DNA of 62,387 nt, filler included, from Dugesia japonica (GCA_001938525.1; 6 parts of 6 records of this genome joined end to end with filler, not necessarily neighbours in it), one strand, 5' to 3'. Shown: positions 40,336 through 53,744, numbered from the whole stretch's first letter. Numbers and translations: made by a program. Notes: generated by a model not told the origin, from the letters alone.

Positions 40336-41245
40336 TAAATTATTTTTACAAGATCTTTATTTAAACTTCATCTTTTTCTTTATTTTGTCTTGTGCACAAA
40401 CGTGGTTAGTACAGTGGGATATTTGCACAACCAATGCGGATAAATTAGGTTTTGATGAAAAGATTAAGCCAGCTGCAGACCACCAAACAGTTATCATCGT
40501 CTTATTTGGGTGAAGGTTTGGTTTAGGTATCTGTTTGGGCTTTTCATCAGCGTCTAGCCATTGTGCTGATCGTCAACGATTATCGTATGCAATTCACATT
40601 TCGTCACATGTGACAATGCGAGACAAAAAAGGATCAATTTTGTTCCGAATAATTAGCGAAAAACAAATTTATAATCTTGCATTTTCTTGTTTATCAGTCT
40701 AATCTTGTGGAACCCATTATCCATTTTCTTAACCTTCCCAGTATTTTTTAGATGAACAGAATTAGTCGATTTTGACACATTGAGATCTTCGGCAAGTTCT
40801 CTCACTGTTGGCGAGTGTTTACTTCAACAGCAGCTTTAAATTCAGCTTTACTTAAGCGAGAAACTGGTCTTCCACTGTCTTCATTTATCAAGCTCATGTC
40901 ATCATTCTGAAATTTTTTGAAGCACCTCTGCGTGGTACGTAGATTAGTACTGCCTTCGAGTCATGCAGTATTGATGTTTTTTAGCTGCCTGTGATGCATT
41001 ATGCTTGGGTTTAAACTCGTACAACATGTATGTTAAAATTTGTTGATCTTTCATCCTTAGGAAAGAATGAAAAATAAAATTTTATTTTCAATTAATATGC
41101 TTACTTTTACAATGTAAATATGGTTTTAAATTCCTGCTTTAATTTTATATATTTAAAAAAGTTGTGCAATCAATACTTATTGAATAAGTTTTATTTTGCC
41201 AATTCACTACTAAAAATACGACATTTCATACTGGACAACGTAATA
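40335..41245 (-). mobile_element. Mariner (Mos1/SETMAR-type) transposon, 5' half
   Basis: TIR TATTACGTTGTCCAGTATGAAATGTCG at the right end; ATG 41054; MLYEFK..HNASQAA, SGRP, TVRELAEDLNVSKST, FLSRIVTCDE, YDN, KPNLHP.KTMITVWW. Confidence 0.88.
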
Positions 41246-41685
41246 GTTTGAAATAGTTATATTATTAAATTTTTGTGAATAAAAATTTGCTTTGAAATTA
41301 TTATTGGTGGATTTTTATTTTGATTCAAGAATTCAAATTAGAAATTACTATTTGTGTAATCCTTATTTTTATAGTTTTATTACATTCATTTCTGTAATGG
41401 TTTTTTNNNNNNNNNNNNNNNNNNNNNNNNNNNNNNNNNNNNNNNNNNNNNNNATTTATATATCGTTTATTTAAAATAGTAAATAGATTTGTAAAGTTTG
41501 GTTTGTTAATTAGCTTTCAATATTTGTGTGAGAATTCTTATTAGAAACAGTATAGTTAATATTGATTTCTTAACGGAAGAATAATTATGTTAATAATGGA
41601 TAATAACAACTAAAATATATATTTAAATAAAAAATTTTGTATAATATATAATAAATTGCTTCGTTCGATATTTATTAGGTTGTAA

Positions 41686-41755
41686 ACAATGTTCTCTGCA
41701 AACTGCGCGCACGCGCGGCCACGCAAAAAAATATTTGCCGCGCACAGAATATAGT
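41686..41755 (+). mobile_element. Probable hAT-like terminus
   Basis: CAATGTTCTCTGCAAACTGCGCGCACGCGCGGCCACGC: CA(G)TGTT-type end plus a CpG-rich subterminal block; no partner end found. Confidence 0.35.
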
Positions 41756-44347
41756 CTGATAAAAATATAATTTTAACTCATTTTACTATATTATTTAAGT
41801 TGATTTTTTCTAAAAAAAAGATGTGCCAATTAAAATTAGTATTATTATAAATTATAATTATAAAAAATAGTTTCAGTTGAATAGTGAAGTAGCGATTTAT
41901 TTTTAAGTTCTTTGGTTTGAAAGAAGTTGTTGTTTCAGTGTCTGGTCTATATATAATGTCAATTGGTATAAAATTATGAGCGCCCAAAATTTCCCAAACT
42001 TTAAAAACTTTCCATAAGTAAAATTTTTCCTTCGCATTGCCGTCAAAAATTACAGGGAGCATTGGTTGTAAATAAAAAAAAGCAATTTTTAATCTTCAAC
42101 TTTAAATCAACAGATACCAGCTTAAACAAAATTTCATTAATCAATTTTCGCAGCTTTATTACCTCTTTTAAAATCGTATGAAAAAATTATCCTAATCTGT
42201 TTATTGATCATCTTTTCTAAAAATCCCAGGAATAATTATCAACAATTAAGTTGAATAAAATTTTTATTATATTATTTTAATAGGAAAATGTGGTTTAAAA
42301 TGACCACCTACTTTAGAATAATAAAACAAAAGTTTATTTAAAAATAATTATCAAAAACGAAAATTTCCAAAACCATCATATATTTCTTAACAACATTATA
42401 CTTAGTATTATAAATAAAATAATGTAATTCTTTCAGTGCTAAATTATTTTAAATAATGCGTTGCAGTTTATAAGATAGTTTTTTGAAAAAAATATTTAAA
42501 ATTTTTTGTCTTTAAAAACGGAATTTAGTAAAATCAAAAGTATATTTAAAATTATATCAAGAAAATAAANNNNNNNNNNAATTACTAAAATTTAAATTAT
42601 TGAATATTAAATTTCTTCGTAACGTATTTTTTTAAAAATTAAATATAATTTTAAAGCAAAGAAAATATAAAATGAAATGAACAAAAGATTTTTATTTAAT
42701 ATATTTTTTTTAAAAAAATAAAATATAATTTGAATATAAAAAATATAATATTAAATTTATACTGAAACATATTTTTTTAAAAAATTTAAATATAAATTAA
42801 AACGAATAAAATGTAAAATGAAATGAACAAAAGATTTTTATTTATAATATATTTTTAAAATTAAATATAATTTAAATATATAAAATATAAATTTAAATAT
42901 TTGATTTTTCCGTTTTTAAAAATAGATTTTTAAATTTGTTTGTTTAATTAACTAATGACGATATAGTTTTGATTTTAATAAAGTGTTGTAATGAATNNNN
43001 NNNNNNNNNNNNNNNNNNNNNNNNNNNNNCCAAACTCAACTAACAAAGTTCATACTTTTAAATGAATGGATCGATTACTATAGCTCTCTCGTCAAAGATT
43101 CGATTTAAATAAAATACGGCTGCAGTAACCGTATAACAGCTATAGCCGTTTTTTCCACCAATTATAATTTAACCGTATTTCATTTATATTTTATTGATAA
43201 TTCAAGCAGAAATAAATTATTTCTCATATGAAAATTATTATCCAATAAATTTTAAACAAAAGAACACGAATTATCATTTATTATTAATCTCATTAATAAT
43301 TATGACAATAATTTAAAAGGAAAAATGTTTATCAAGCTTATCTTATTTCCTATTAGATAATAATTTCGTGCATAAATTCAACAAATCGTTTCTGTTAATA
43401 ATTGAATAAAAAAATGAAAATTTAAACAAAGAAAAATGAAATTTTTCTCCTGTTACACTTCTATAATTAATTAATTTCGGTCTTTTGAGAATAATGTCCA
43501 CTGGGAATTAAAAACCTTGGTTTATTAGTATTTAATTACATAAGAAAATTTGATTAAAACAAATTATCTATATTTAGCATTATTTAATAGTGATTTCAAT
43601 TTTATTGTGAAAATAAAAATAAATTAAAATATTTACCTTATTTAATATTCTAGAATGCCGATTTTCTTTTGTTATAAATTCTAATAAATGAATAACTTTA
43701 TTTTGAAGTACATTATTAACGAGCATGAATTCATTGACCTAAATTTAGATTTTAAATGATCAAATTGATATCATAGAATTTATTATTAGATAAAATTTTT
43801 TNNNNNNNNNNNNNNNNNNNNNNNNNNNNNNNNNNNNNNNNNTCATATCTACATTTTAATTTGTCATGATATAAAATTTGATCATTCATTAAATTTTAAT
43901 CGAAATAAAAATTTAATTGTAATTTGAAATTTAATTTGTAATTTAAGGTTAAAAAATTATATATTAAAACAAACAAAAATAATTATAAAAGAGAATTAAT
44001 AATGTTGAAACTTTATAATATGTTGAACTATATTAATGGTATTATTTATAAGTGAATTATATTATTTGTTATGTATAATTTAATGTAATGATTATATATA
44101 ATTTAATATACAAGTTTAATGAATTGTTAAGTGTCTAATTTTTAAATACTTCTGAAGTATTTTATTTTAAATAAAAATTAATGATTGATTTGTTAAACTT
44201 TTATTATTAATTTTGGATGATAAAAGTACTTTGTTCAAGGGTTATGAGCAAGTATCCAGAATTTGATTTCATTAATAAAGAAACTCATAATGACATATAT
44301 TAGGGAATAGAATTAAGATAAATTATTTTTATTATTTATTAGTATCT

Positions 44348-44447
44348 NNNNNNNNNNNNNNNNNNNNNNNNNNNNNNNNNNNNNNNNNNNNTTAATTAAT
44401 TAANNNNNNNNNNNNNNNNNNNNNNNNNNNNNNNNNNNNNNNNNNNN
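44348..44447. other. Artificial scaffold-joining spacer
   Basis: 44 N + TTAATTAATTAA + 44 N. Confidence 0.95.
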
Positions 44448-45010
44448 GTTTATTTAGATATTTTGTTTAAAATCTTTCTCTGTTTACCAACAAATTGAGT
44501 ATATATCCCATTGAAATTACTGCTTGGAATTTTGTAAAAGGAATTTGACTAGTTTTTCCTTCGTTAACTGGTGACGAAGAATATTATCTGCTAATTTTTC
44601 AACTTTTGAAAAATTGAAATTGAAGATTCATTTAGTCTACTATATTTCAAGGCATTAAGTAAAGCCTTATCAAGATCTGCAAGTTTTGAAAATGCTTCTC
44701 CACATCTTGTTTCCAAATATTCAATCTTTGTATCCACTACTTCATATAATTTGGCATAATTTGATATAAAATATAATTGCAATAAATTCTTTTATAAATA
44801 CTCTTTTTAACTGATTCTGGATAATAAAAATTTCAAAAATCTGTTTGCTTCTTCAATAAATTCTTCAACATTTCTTTCTATCTCGGAAATCTTAGGTGTT
44901 GCAATTCAAGAGTTTAAGATTGTTGTGGTTGCCATGTTAGACTTTGAAATCGAATTAATTATGAAATATATTTATTATATAGTTTTTGAGGAATCAGTAA
45001 TTTAATAATA
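44448..45010 (-). mobile_element. Gypsy 5' end: LTR end, PBS and gag N-terminus
   Basis: CTAACA|TGGCAACCAC at 44940-44925; frame MATTTILNS*IATPKISEIERNVEEFIEEANRFL resembles the gag start at 61798. Confidence 0.65.
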
Positions 45011-45775
45011 TTTGAGCGCTTCAAATTATACACACACTCATAGGCATGCAACTCAGATGCAACACATCAACACGTGCCTGGGAATTTTTTAAACTACTTA
45101 AACCATTAAAATAGAGCAATACACTAAAGAAAACCTCTCCCACATAGCGTAACTATGTAAATAATACTAACTATAAATGGTAACTATGTAAATACTCCGT
45201 AACTATGTAAATAATAAATTAATGTTTAAAAAATTGATATTTTATTCATATCATATTAGAATAATTATAATAATTACAATTATGATAATAAGAAATTTAA
45301 AAATTAATAATTATATTGATTACTTAATCTTATATTATCATATTGTAATTATTATAATTATGCTAATATGAATTAGCATTCTTAAGTTTAAATGCATTTA
45401 TTATATGAAATTTAAAAAATCAATATCTTTATTGATTTTTTAATTTTATATTTACTAGATTGTATTAAATATTACAAATGGAGAATTAAAAATGGAGAAT
45501 TCCAAAATGATGAGTTTATTTCTTTTATATGTTAATTTAATGTAAANNNNNNNNNNNNNNNNNNNNNNNNNNNNNNNNNNNNNNNNNNNNNNNNNNNNNN
45601 NNNNNNNNNNNNNNNNNNNNNNNNNNNNNNNNNNNNNNNNNNNNNNNNNNNNNNNNNNNNNNNNNNNNNNNNNNNNNNNNNNNNNNNNNNNNNNNNNNNN
45701 NNNNNNNNNNNNNNNNNNNNNNNNNNNNNNNNNNNNNNNNNNNNNNNNNNNNNNNNNNNNNNNNNNNNNNNNNNN

Positions 45776-45890
45776 ATAGTAATATGGTCTATGATATTTA
45801 AAGGTTCCATAGTAATATGGTCTATGATATTTAAAGGTTCCATAGAAATCTGATCTATGATACTTAAAGGTTCCATTAATATGGTCAAAG
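45776..45890. repeat. 33-bp tandem repeat
   Basis: ATAGTAATATGGTCTATGATATTTAAAGGTTCC, at least 3 copies, running into an N gap. Confidence 0.9.
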
Positions 45891-46299
45891 ATGTCTAATA
45901 TGTTCTAAATAATATAAAAAATGTCATGTATTAAATAAGTAACAGTTGCCTTGAAATTCCTGACCATTTTGCGGATCTAAGTCTAATCAACTATTGACGA
46001 TGATGACTGATTGTTTTTNNNNNNNNNNNNNNNNNNNNNNNNNNNNNNNNNNNNNNNNNNNNNNNNNNAAACAATTGTAGTGGTGTTCAATTACGTCCGA
46101 ATGTGAACGGATAGAAACACTGCTACCGGCGATGTACATGCTGTAATCGAGCTTAGCCTAGTGAAAACGTCGCAAGCATATCGATAAGTTCAATTATGAA
46201 CGGACTCGAATTGGATGCTAAAGACCTTGATGGATTCGCTCCGTCAAACTGTACATGTCGGAGGAGGTAATGTAATGGTCCTATCTCATACATAAATAT

Positions 46300-46737
46300 A
46301 GTCTTCTAAAAAAAATTAAAATTCCCCCACCCTAAAACCCCAAAAAAACATTAAAATTTGAATTACCTACAAAATCCAACTAATAATTAAAATAATAAAA
46401 ATTTCATTAATTAAAATAAAAAAGTCCATCAATTAAAACAAAAAAATTTTTTTAATTAAAACAAAAAATTTTATTCTAAAAAAATAACAAAAATGATTTA
46501 AAAAAATATAAAATAAAAGAAAAAACAAAGATAAAAAAATTGATCTTATAAAAAAAATTTCCGATCAAAATTTTCTGATCCGATCAATAAAAAATTGGAT
46601 CCCAAAAATCTTTGAAAAAAAACAAGGCCAAAAATATGAGGACCGAAATTTGGGGACCATCGTAATGTGTTGGCAATAACTGCTTAAAAAAATTGTCCCA
46701 TTTTTCAAGTGGCGCTGTGCGCCACCATCTACCTACT
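46300..46737 (-). mobile_element. Maverick/Polinton-type terminal repeat (terminus at 46737)
   Basis: Minus strand begins AGTAGGTAGATGGTGGCGCACAGCGCC (AGTAG-type terminus). CCGATCAAAA..TCTGATCCG is shared in reverse with 14082-14101 of the Maverick relic. Confidence 0.6.
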
Positions 46738-48400
46738 AAAGTCGTTCATCTTTCTTCTCCTTTTTCCATATTCAAATTAATGGTTCATTCCACGGTGAAT
46801 TACATTTCCAAATAATACCGTTTTCCACCAAGTTTCGAATTATCTCTTCCATGTGATTCTCTAAATGCATTGGAATTCTATACGGTTTTACCTTTATTGG
46901 CTCACATATTGTCACAATTCTATGCTTCACAATGTGAGTTCATCCCGCATCACATTTTGATGCCATAAAAGCATTTATCCGCCGTTTACAAATTACCTGT
47001 AAACAATTGCCATCCCGCATTTCAATCACATTTTTTACTCGCTTCCATCTGTCATTTTCTGTAGCTTTTTTCCGAACAAAAAATGTTTTCTACTAATTCT
47101 CTATTAATTATCTCATTAGATAACTCCTTTTCCCTACTTAACTGAAATCCAAAAATACGTTGGAAATTTATCCCTACAATAATATCTGGAAACACATTTT
47201 TTGTTACTATAACTTCTACTTCCAATTTGCTCTCACCTAATTGCACCTCCAATCGTACTTTCCATATGATAACTAAACCCCTACCATTAACACAATGCAA
47301 TTTCATCTCACTAGGTATTACTCTTGCTTCTGGCTATATCTCCAAACATTTTTCGCTGATTACATTAATGCGCGTTCCCGGGTCCAAAAGACATTCTAAC
47401 TCAACTCCATCGATAGTTATCATCACTCTTGGTCTACCCTGTAATTTATCAAATATAATTTCTACTTCTTGTCCTCTTGACAACACAACTTATCCTTCTT
47501 CAAAAACCTATACACTTTTTCACAAACCTTTTCTCTATTTTCCCACGTCTTCACTCCTTGAGGATCCTCCTAACCCGTATTTACAAATAATCGGCTCCTA
47601 CCAACTCCTCTCTTGGCGGAGCCCTCCCATTTGGGTGAGATGACTTTGATCAATTTTCGTCTAACCTGTCCTCAAGTTGTTCCCCTTCATCTAACGCTTC
47701 AACTGTAAAAAAATATCCAAACCGATTTTTTTGTTTTCGTCTCTCTTCAGGTCTAAACTCTGTCCGATCATTTTTCCTAACTTCTTGGCAACTTTCCGCT
47801 TTATGACCTGCTCTACTACAACGGAAACATTTCAACTTTGAACATTCATTTCTTTTATGCCCCAAATCACCGCAACCGAAACATCTTCCTCGTTGATTTT
47901 TTCTACAATTCCTACTCAAATGTCCAGTTTGATGACATTATCATTATTATCTAGATTCTCCTCCAGGGCACTGTGCCCTCATATAGCTCTTCTTATGACA
48001 TCCTTAACATTCAACTGTTTTTGGTGATCTTCGAAGTTGCTCCTGTCTCCTTATTTGTCGACTTACTGGTCTTATTGTGGACTGGTGCCAATACTATTCA
48101 ATCTTGTAGTCTGACTTATGATCGCATGAATATGCCCTTTTCTCCCTTCTATTAATCTAATAAACCAAATGTTTCCTTAATTTCTGTTACCGTGGATATT
48201 TTTCTAAGTACTACTTCTCTCTGCAAAGTATTACTCTCAGATGCACTCACTAGAATTTTGGCTAACAACGCTTCTTTTGTCAAATCTTTGTGTGCAAAAA
48301 ATATTTTCTACTAGAGTCTCTGCTTTTTTAATGAATGTATCTAACTCCAGATTTCCTCGTCTGAATGTTAATAAACTCTTCAGGTCTTTTAAAATATCTT
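46738..48400 (-). mobile_element. Gypsy gag-protease-RT(N-terminus) segment
   Basis: CCHC knuckles CFGCGDLGHKRNEC and CFRCSRAGHKAESC; protease LECLLDPGT; RT start VKPYRIP..NSPWNEPLI*IWKKEKKDERL. Confidence 0.88.
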
Positions 48401-48404
48401 TTTT

Positions 48405-50705
48405 ATGCATAATGTCGATGAAATGCTGTATAAGTTAGATGGAGCCAAATATTTCGCTTCAATAGATTTGAAAAATGCGTACTACCAAGTAACCCTCGAA
48501 GAAGAATCTCAAGAAAAACGGAGTTTTCAATGAACCATGGACAATATTGTTTTAATAGAATGCTAATTGGTATCGCAGCGGCACCAGGGACATTTCAAGA
48601 GATGANNNNNNNNNTGGTAGGCGGAATCAATGAAGCCATGGTTTATCTTGATGACATCCTGATATTTACGAACAATAAAGATCAACACTTTGAAGTAATT
48701 GAAAAAGTATTGATCAAAATATTAAAGGCTGGTCTATGAAATATCCAGAAAAGTGTCAGTTTCTTCAAAGCGAAATCAAATTTTTTGGATATATAATTAA
48801 AAAGGATAGTGTCAGAACTGATCTGTCTAAAAAAAAGCAATAAGAACATTTGGCAAACCTAACTGTATGAAGAAGTTACGAAGTTTCTTAGGAATTTGTA
48901 ATTATTACAGGAAGTTTATAGAAAAATACGCAAGAAAATCAAGAATCTTAGAACAGTTGTGTAGCGGACCAAGCAACAAGAAATTAGAATGGACAGATGA
49001 AATAAACGTTACTTTTGAGAGTCTGAAGAAGTCTCTAATGACTGCACCAATATTTTGTTTTCCAGACATAAACAGAAAATTTATATTAGATACAGATGCC
49101 AGTTTTGCTAAAATTGGAGCAGTATTGTTTAAGAAAAATAAGGAAGGAAGGGAAAGAGTTGTTGCTTATGGATTATTTTAAATGAGGAGTCATGAAAAGG
49201 GATATTGCATCACACGAAAAGAATTATTGGCTTTTTATTATTTCTGCATGCACTTCAACCACTTTTTGTACGGTAGAAGATTTACCCTTAAAACAAATTA
49301 TAAAGCTCTAACTTTCCTGATGACGAGGAAAAAATCAATTACGTCACAAATTCAGATATGAGTTAATTATCTGAGTAATCTAGACATGGTTTTGGAATAT
49401 AGATAAGGAATTCAACTTGGTAATGTAGATATGTTATCTAACTCAAGATGTGAGTGTAGCTACAATTCAAATGTACAATGTCAAATGTCACATGAAGATG
49501 CCAAGAAAGGGAAGATTAAAACGAGAATACTGAAAATGATTGAAAAGGAAAAGAAGAGCAATTAAAAATTTCTGAGTAAACAGATTTAATCAAGAAAATA
49601 AAAATTTCCGATGACAAAATACATGAGACAATAGAAAAAATACATAAATTATTATGTCATGCAGGAGTTGAAAAGGTGTACGAATATATGAGAAACAAAT
49701 AAATTGCAAAGAATTTGTGAAGCCAAATACATAAGATAGTTCGAAGTTGTCAAATTTGTCAGAAGATCAAAGTAGTGACGACAGTAAATAAAAAGAAGAC
49801 AAATAGATTAGAAGCTACCAGTTTGTTTGAAGTCATATTCACAGATATATGTAGGCCAATGTGGGAAACAAGTGAACAAAAATACATTCTTGGTATATTC
49901 AAAAAGTACAGTATATATCTGGTTCTTATACCATTGCCTAGACAAGACGAGGAAACAATACAAAAAGCTATTTTTGAAAAGTGGATATTGAGATTTGGAT
50001 TTCCAAGAGAGATAAGATTAGATTGTGAAAAAGCATTTGAATCCAGAGTTATGAGAGAGTTTGCACTAAAGTTAGATATTAAACTTTGCTTTCCGAGTCT
50101 CTATCATCATAATGCAAACGGACAAATTGAAAGACAATTCAGGACAACTCGAGATTTGATTAATGCAACACTTCAGAAAAGAAAGACAACAGGTTGGGCA
50201 GATTTTTTAACAGAAATAGAATTTACAATGAACGCAACAAAACAGAAGACGACTGAAATGAGCCCAGCTGAGATCGTATTTGGAAAGAAGATTAGCAGAG
50301 AAAAATTATATGAGTCAGACGTTTCAGATAAAACTAAAGAAAGCACTTCAGATGGGAATGCAAATAGAGAATTCAAAGTGGGCGATTTTGTACTCATCAA
50401 GATATAAACAATAAATAAAAGTCAAGACAGATTTGAAGGACCTTATCGAATAATTGAGAGAATTCGTGAAATGCGGTATGTGGTACAAGGAGAAAATGGA
50501 CATGAATTAGAAAGAAATATGGAAAAACGTAGAAGTTTCTTAAGAAGGGGGATATTAGGAAATAATTATTATTTAATAATTTTAGCCAATAGAAAGTGAG
50601 TTAATTCAATTATTAGTTTCAATAGTTCTTTTCAATGANAATTATTTCCAAATAGCAGAGTTGTAGTAGTAAAATAAATAATGTCTCAAAATATTAGATT
50701 TGATT
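48405..50705 (+). mobile_element. Gypsy pol (RT-RNase H-integrase) with PPT and 3' LTR
   Basis: YFASIDLKNAYYQV, VYLDDILIF, FILDTDASF, HKLLCHAG..SCQICQK, IFTDI..RLDCEKAF..ANGQIERQFRT, FEGPYRI; PPT AAGAAGGGGGA ~50542-50552; LTR ~50553-50705. Confidence 0.92.
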
Positions 50706-50709
50706 TGCG

Positions 50710-51900
50710 CAATGAAGATTTTCTTAATAAGGGTTAATTCAGAGAAAAGTCTGTTCCTACGAAACGAAAAAGCGAAAGCTAACTACGAAATAGAAGCAAT
50801 TAAGAACTTTGGCAAACTAAAATGGGTTAAGAAGATGAGAAAAGTTTTTGGAACTTTCAATTACTATCGCAAATATATTAAAGATTATTTGAAAAAAGCT
50901 AGATTGCTGGAAAAACTGTGTAATGGACCGAGTAACAATAAGATTGAATGGGCGAACGAATTAGAAGTTGTTTTAATGGAATGAAAGAAGAACTAATGAT
51001 GTCTCCAATATTATGTTTTCCAGATATAAATAAAGAACTTATTTTGGACACGGATGCGATTTTCGACACGATTGGTGCAGTACTATCTCAAAGGGACAAT
51101 AAAGGACAAGAAAGAGTAATTGCATATGGGTTCCAGTCATGAGAATGGATGTTGTACTACATAGAAAGAATTACTCGCAATTTACTACTTTTGTATTCAT
51201 TTCTAACATAATTTATATTGGAAGAGATTTATCCACAGAACAGACCGTAAAGATATCACTTTTATGCTAAATACCAAGAAACTGATCACATAACAGTTTC
51301 AAGCTTAAATTAATTACTTGAGCGGTTTAGATCTAAAATTGAAATATAGAAAAGGATCGCTTAACAATGCAGATACGTCGTCAATGAGTAAATGAGATAC
51401 ATGTACACAATGTCGTATGTCAATTGAAGATACCAAGATTGGAAAATAAAAAACATGGATGTTTTTACATTGGAATTCTCTGCGTTTGAATGTAATTGTC
51501 CTTTTTAACCTGAATTTCAAAATCATACATACTTAGTTCATCAGTTCAGGAGCATTACTGTTTTGTATTTGGTCTTTTCAAATTCATCATCCATGTTAAA
51601 CTCTAATGGTATATGCTAATAATAAATTTCTTGAGAGAATATAATAGTAATTGCAATAGTTACAATTAGAAAACCATAAATTTCTTCCCCAATAAATGAT
51701 GCTTGTATTTCTTCACAAAGTAAAAAACCGCCATGGATTCTTTACTGATGATACAATACATTTTTCTGCATTCAAAAACTTCTTAGATCTGTAATATATT
51801 ACTTTTTTTCGTTATCTTGAATTTGACTTAAAACTGCTCCCATTGCAAAGTTACTAGCATATGTATCCAATACAAAAATTCTCCATTGGGCGTGTTGGAA
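50710..51900. mobile_element. Additional Gypsy pol fragments (plus ~50710-51460, minus ~51480-51900)
   Basis: RNase H MSPILCFPDINKELILDTDA...ERVIAYG on plus; FVLDTYASNFAMGAV-type fragment on minus. Confidence 0.75.
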
Positions 51901-51939
51901 TCATAATAATGTCTATTCATTGTCTAAAGGACTTATGAG

Positions 51940-52490
51940 GTGAGATGGATAGCTTTGTCTACATGAGGTGGTAGCGCGCTAGCACAGCGCATGAGTTATC
52001 GCAAATTAATTTTTTAGAGTGTTATAGGTTTTTGAGCAGTTGTTGGATTTTGGTGGTTGATAGTTTGTTGGAAAGGTGGTGTAATGGAAAATAAACTGAG
52101 TGGAAATTGAAGATTTTTAATCTATAATTTGATTGATTTATGTTTGTAAGTAGTATAACGTGGTTAAAAAACTTTTTCTGTCGGGGAATGATGTATGGGT
52201 GGAAAGACAATTAATTATAAGTGGTTAAAAGATTTAAATCAATATTTTTTAAGGGGTGGAGGTGGAGTAATGAATTTTTGAATTTAAGAAAAATGATGAT
52301 TTTATTTAAAACAATTTTTTTATCAGTCTTGATATTTTGCAAGGAAAGGGGTAGTCTAACATTCCCAGGCACCTGTCCCTGTGTTGCATCCCTATTACAT
52401 GTCTATTGCATTCATTGAAAATTCCCGGATACGTGTCGCTATATTGGATCTCTATTGCATGTCTATTGCATTCATTAAAATTTCCCAAAG
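51940..52490 (+). mobile_element. Second Maverick-like terminal region
   Basis: GGTGGTAGCGCGCTAGCACAGCGCATGAGTTATCGC resembles the 46737 terminus and 14004-14014(-). TTCCCAGGCAC..TGTGTTGCATC at ~52362 matches 45055-45085 in reverse. Confidence 0.45.
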
Positions 52491-52631
52491 TACCTATGTA
52501 AATTAAACACTGATAAAGCCTATATTACTATTTAAATAATAGACCTATAAACCTTATGCAGTCATAAAAATATTTACTTATAAATTTTTCATTCAGGCTT
52601 ATAAGTTATTTATATAGTAATTTTAAGTTAA

Positions 52632-53120
52632 ACAGGGTGTTCCAATTTAAGGTTACATTTTAAATTTTTAATAAAAGAAGTTAAAGGTATGAAATGTATT
52701 AATATATTTATTTACAATGATAGTACATATATTCCGGTTTAACAATGAAAAATAATTTCATGAAAGTGACCTTCTGCTGCTGCATAGCAAGCACCCATTC
52801 TTGCACAACTGAGGCTTAATTTCACTAATTTAATAGATGATATTCTCCTTAAGGTCGAAAATTGTTTGAAGATCACTAATATACATCTTTTCCTTTAAAT
52901 AATCCCAAAAAAAAAATCTAGAGGCGTTAGATCGCAGGATCTGGGTGGCTAATTGATGTTTGCATTTCGAAAATTAATCTTTCACCAAATCGTTCTTTTA
53001 AAAGGGTAATTGTTTCTTTTGCCTTATGAGATGTGACACTATTCTGCTGAAACCACGTGTTCTGGGTATCCATACATTTCAATTTATGAAACAAAGATTT
53101 TCCAATAATATTTCGATATT
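52632..53120 (-). mobile_element. Tc1/mariner-superfamily transposase C-terminal relic
   Basis: TWFQQN..TSHKAKETITLLKERF, PPRSCDLTPLDFFF.DYLKEK; terminal CAGGGTGTTCCAAT. Confidence 0.8.
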
Positions 53121-53675
53121 AAAGATATATGTAAAATAAAAGTATTTCAAAATTAAAATCGATATTTTATATTATGTAAAATTATAAAATTATAAAAATT
53201 ATTTAATGAAATTATATGTAAAAACAATTAAAGATATATGTAAAATAAAAGTATTTTGAAATTAAAAATCGATAATTTAAAAAAAATATTTTATTAAAAT
53301 TTCTCAGATTATTTGTTTGAATACTGTGAATTGTTCTTATTATTTTTATTATTATTTTTCATTATTTTTCACTTTCATCAAAATACTTGTAATAATTAAT
53401 AAAAAAGTATGGATAGTTGTGAGATTTTGAATTTAACTAATATGGCGACCAACGCATCATTGGACTTGCTAAAAGAAGCAATACACACTGGAATTTTCAA
53501 AATTGGGGGTGATGCCAAAAGATTTATTTTAAAGACGAAATATTTTAATATTGCCGGAACAAAGAAAGGCCATAGAAGTTTGTTTGTACTTGCTTTCATA
53601 TATAAAGAACTACGTGAAATCTCCCCCCATCTCATGCAAAATATAGAGACTTCCATCGTCTCTTGTATAAAATAT

Positions 53676-53744
53676 AATTTAATTTAATTTAATTTAATTT
53701 AATTTAATTTAATTTAATTTAATTTAATTTAATTTAATTTAATT
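53676..53744. repeat. (AATTT)n microsatellite
   Basis: Seen directly, runs into the spacer. Confidence 0.9.

Noticed and set aside
41778-42062. 94-aa minus-strand ORF
   Set aside because: No identifiable family; adjacent to a probable transposon end.
45532-45890. 33-bp repeats as CRISPR-like array or repeat protein (MEPLNIIDHIT)n
   Set aside because: Head-to-tail units with no spacers and no cas genes in a eukaryotic context; the ORF is mostly N.
53396-53687. 92-aa and 86-aa overlapping ORFs
   Set aside because: No recognisable domain; looks like non-coding transposon sequence next to a microsatellite.
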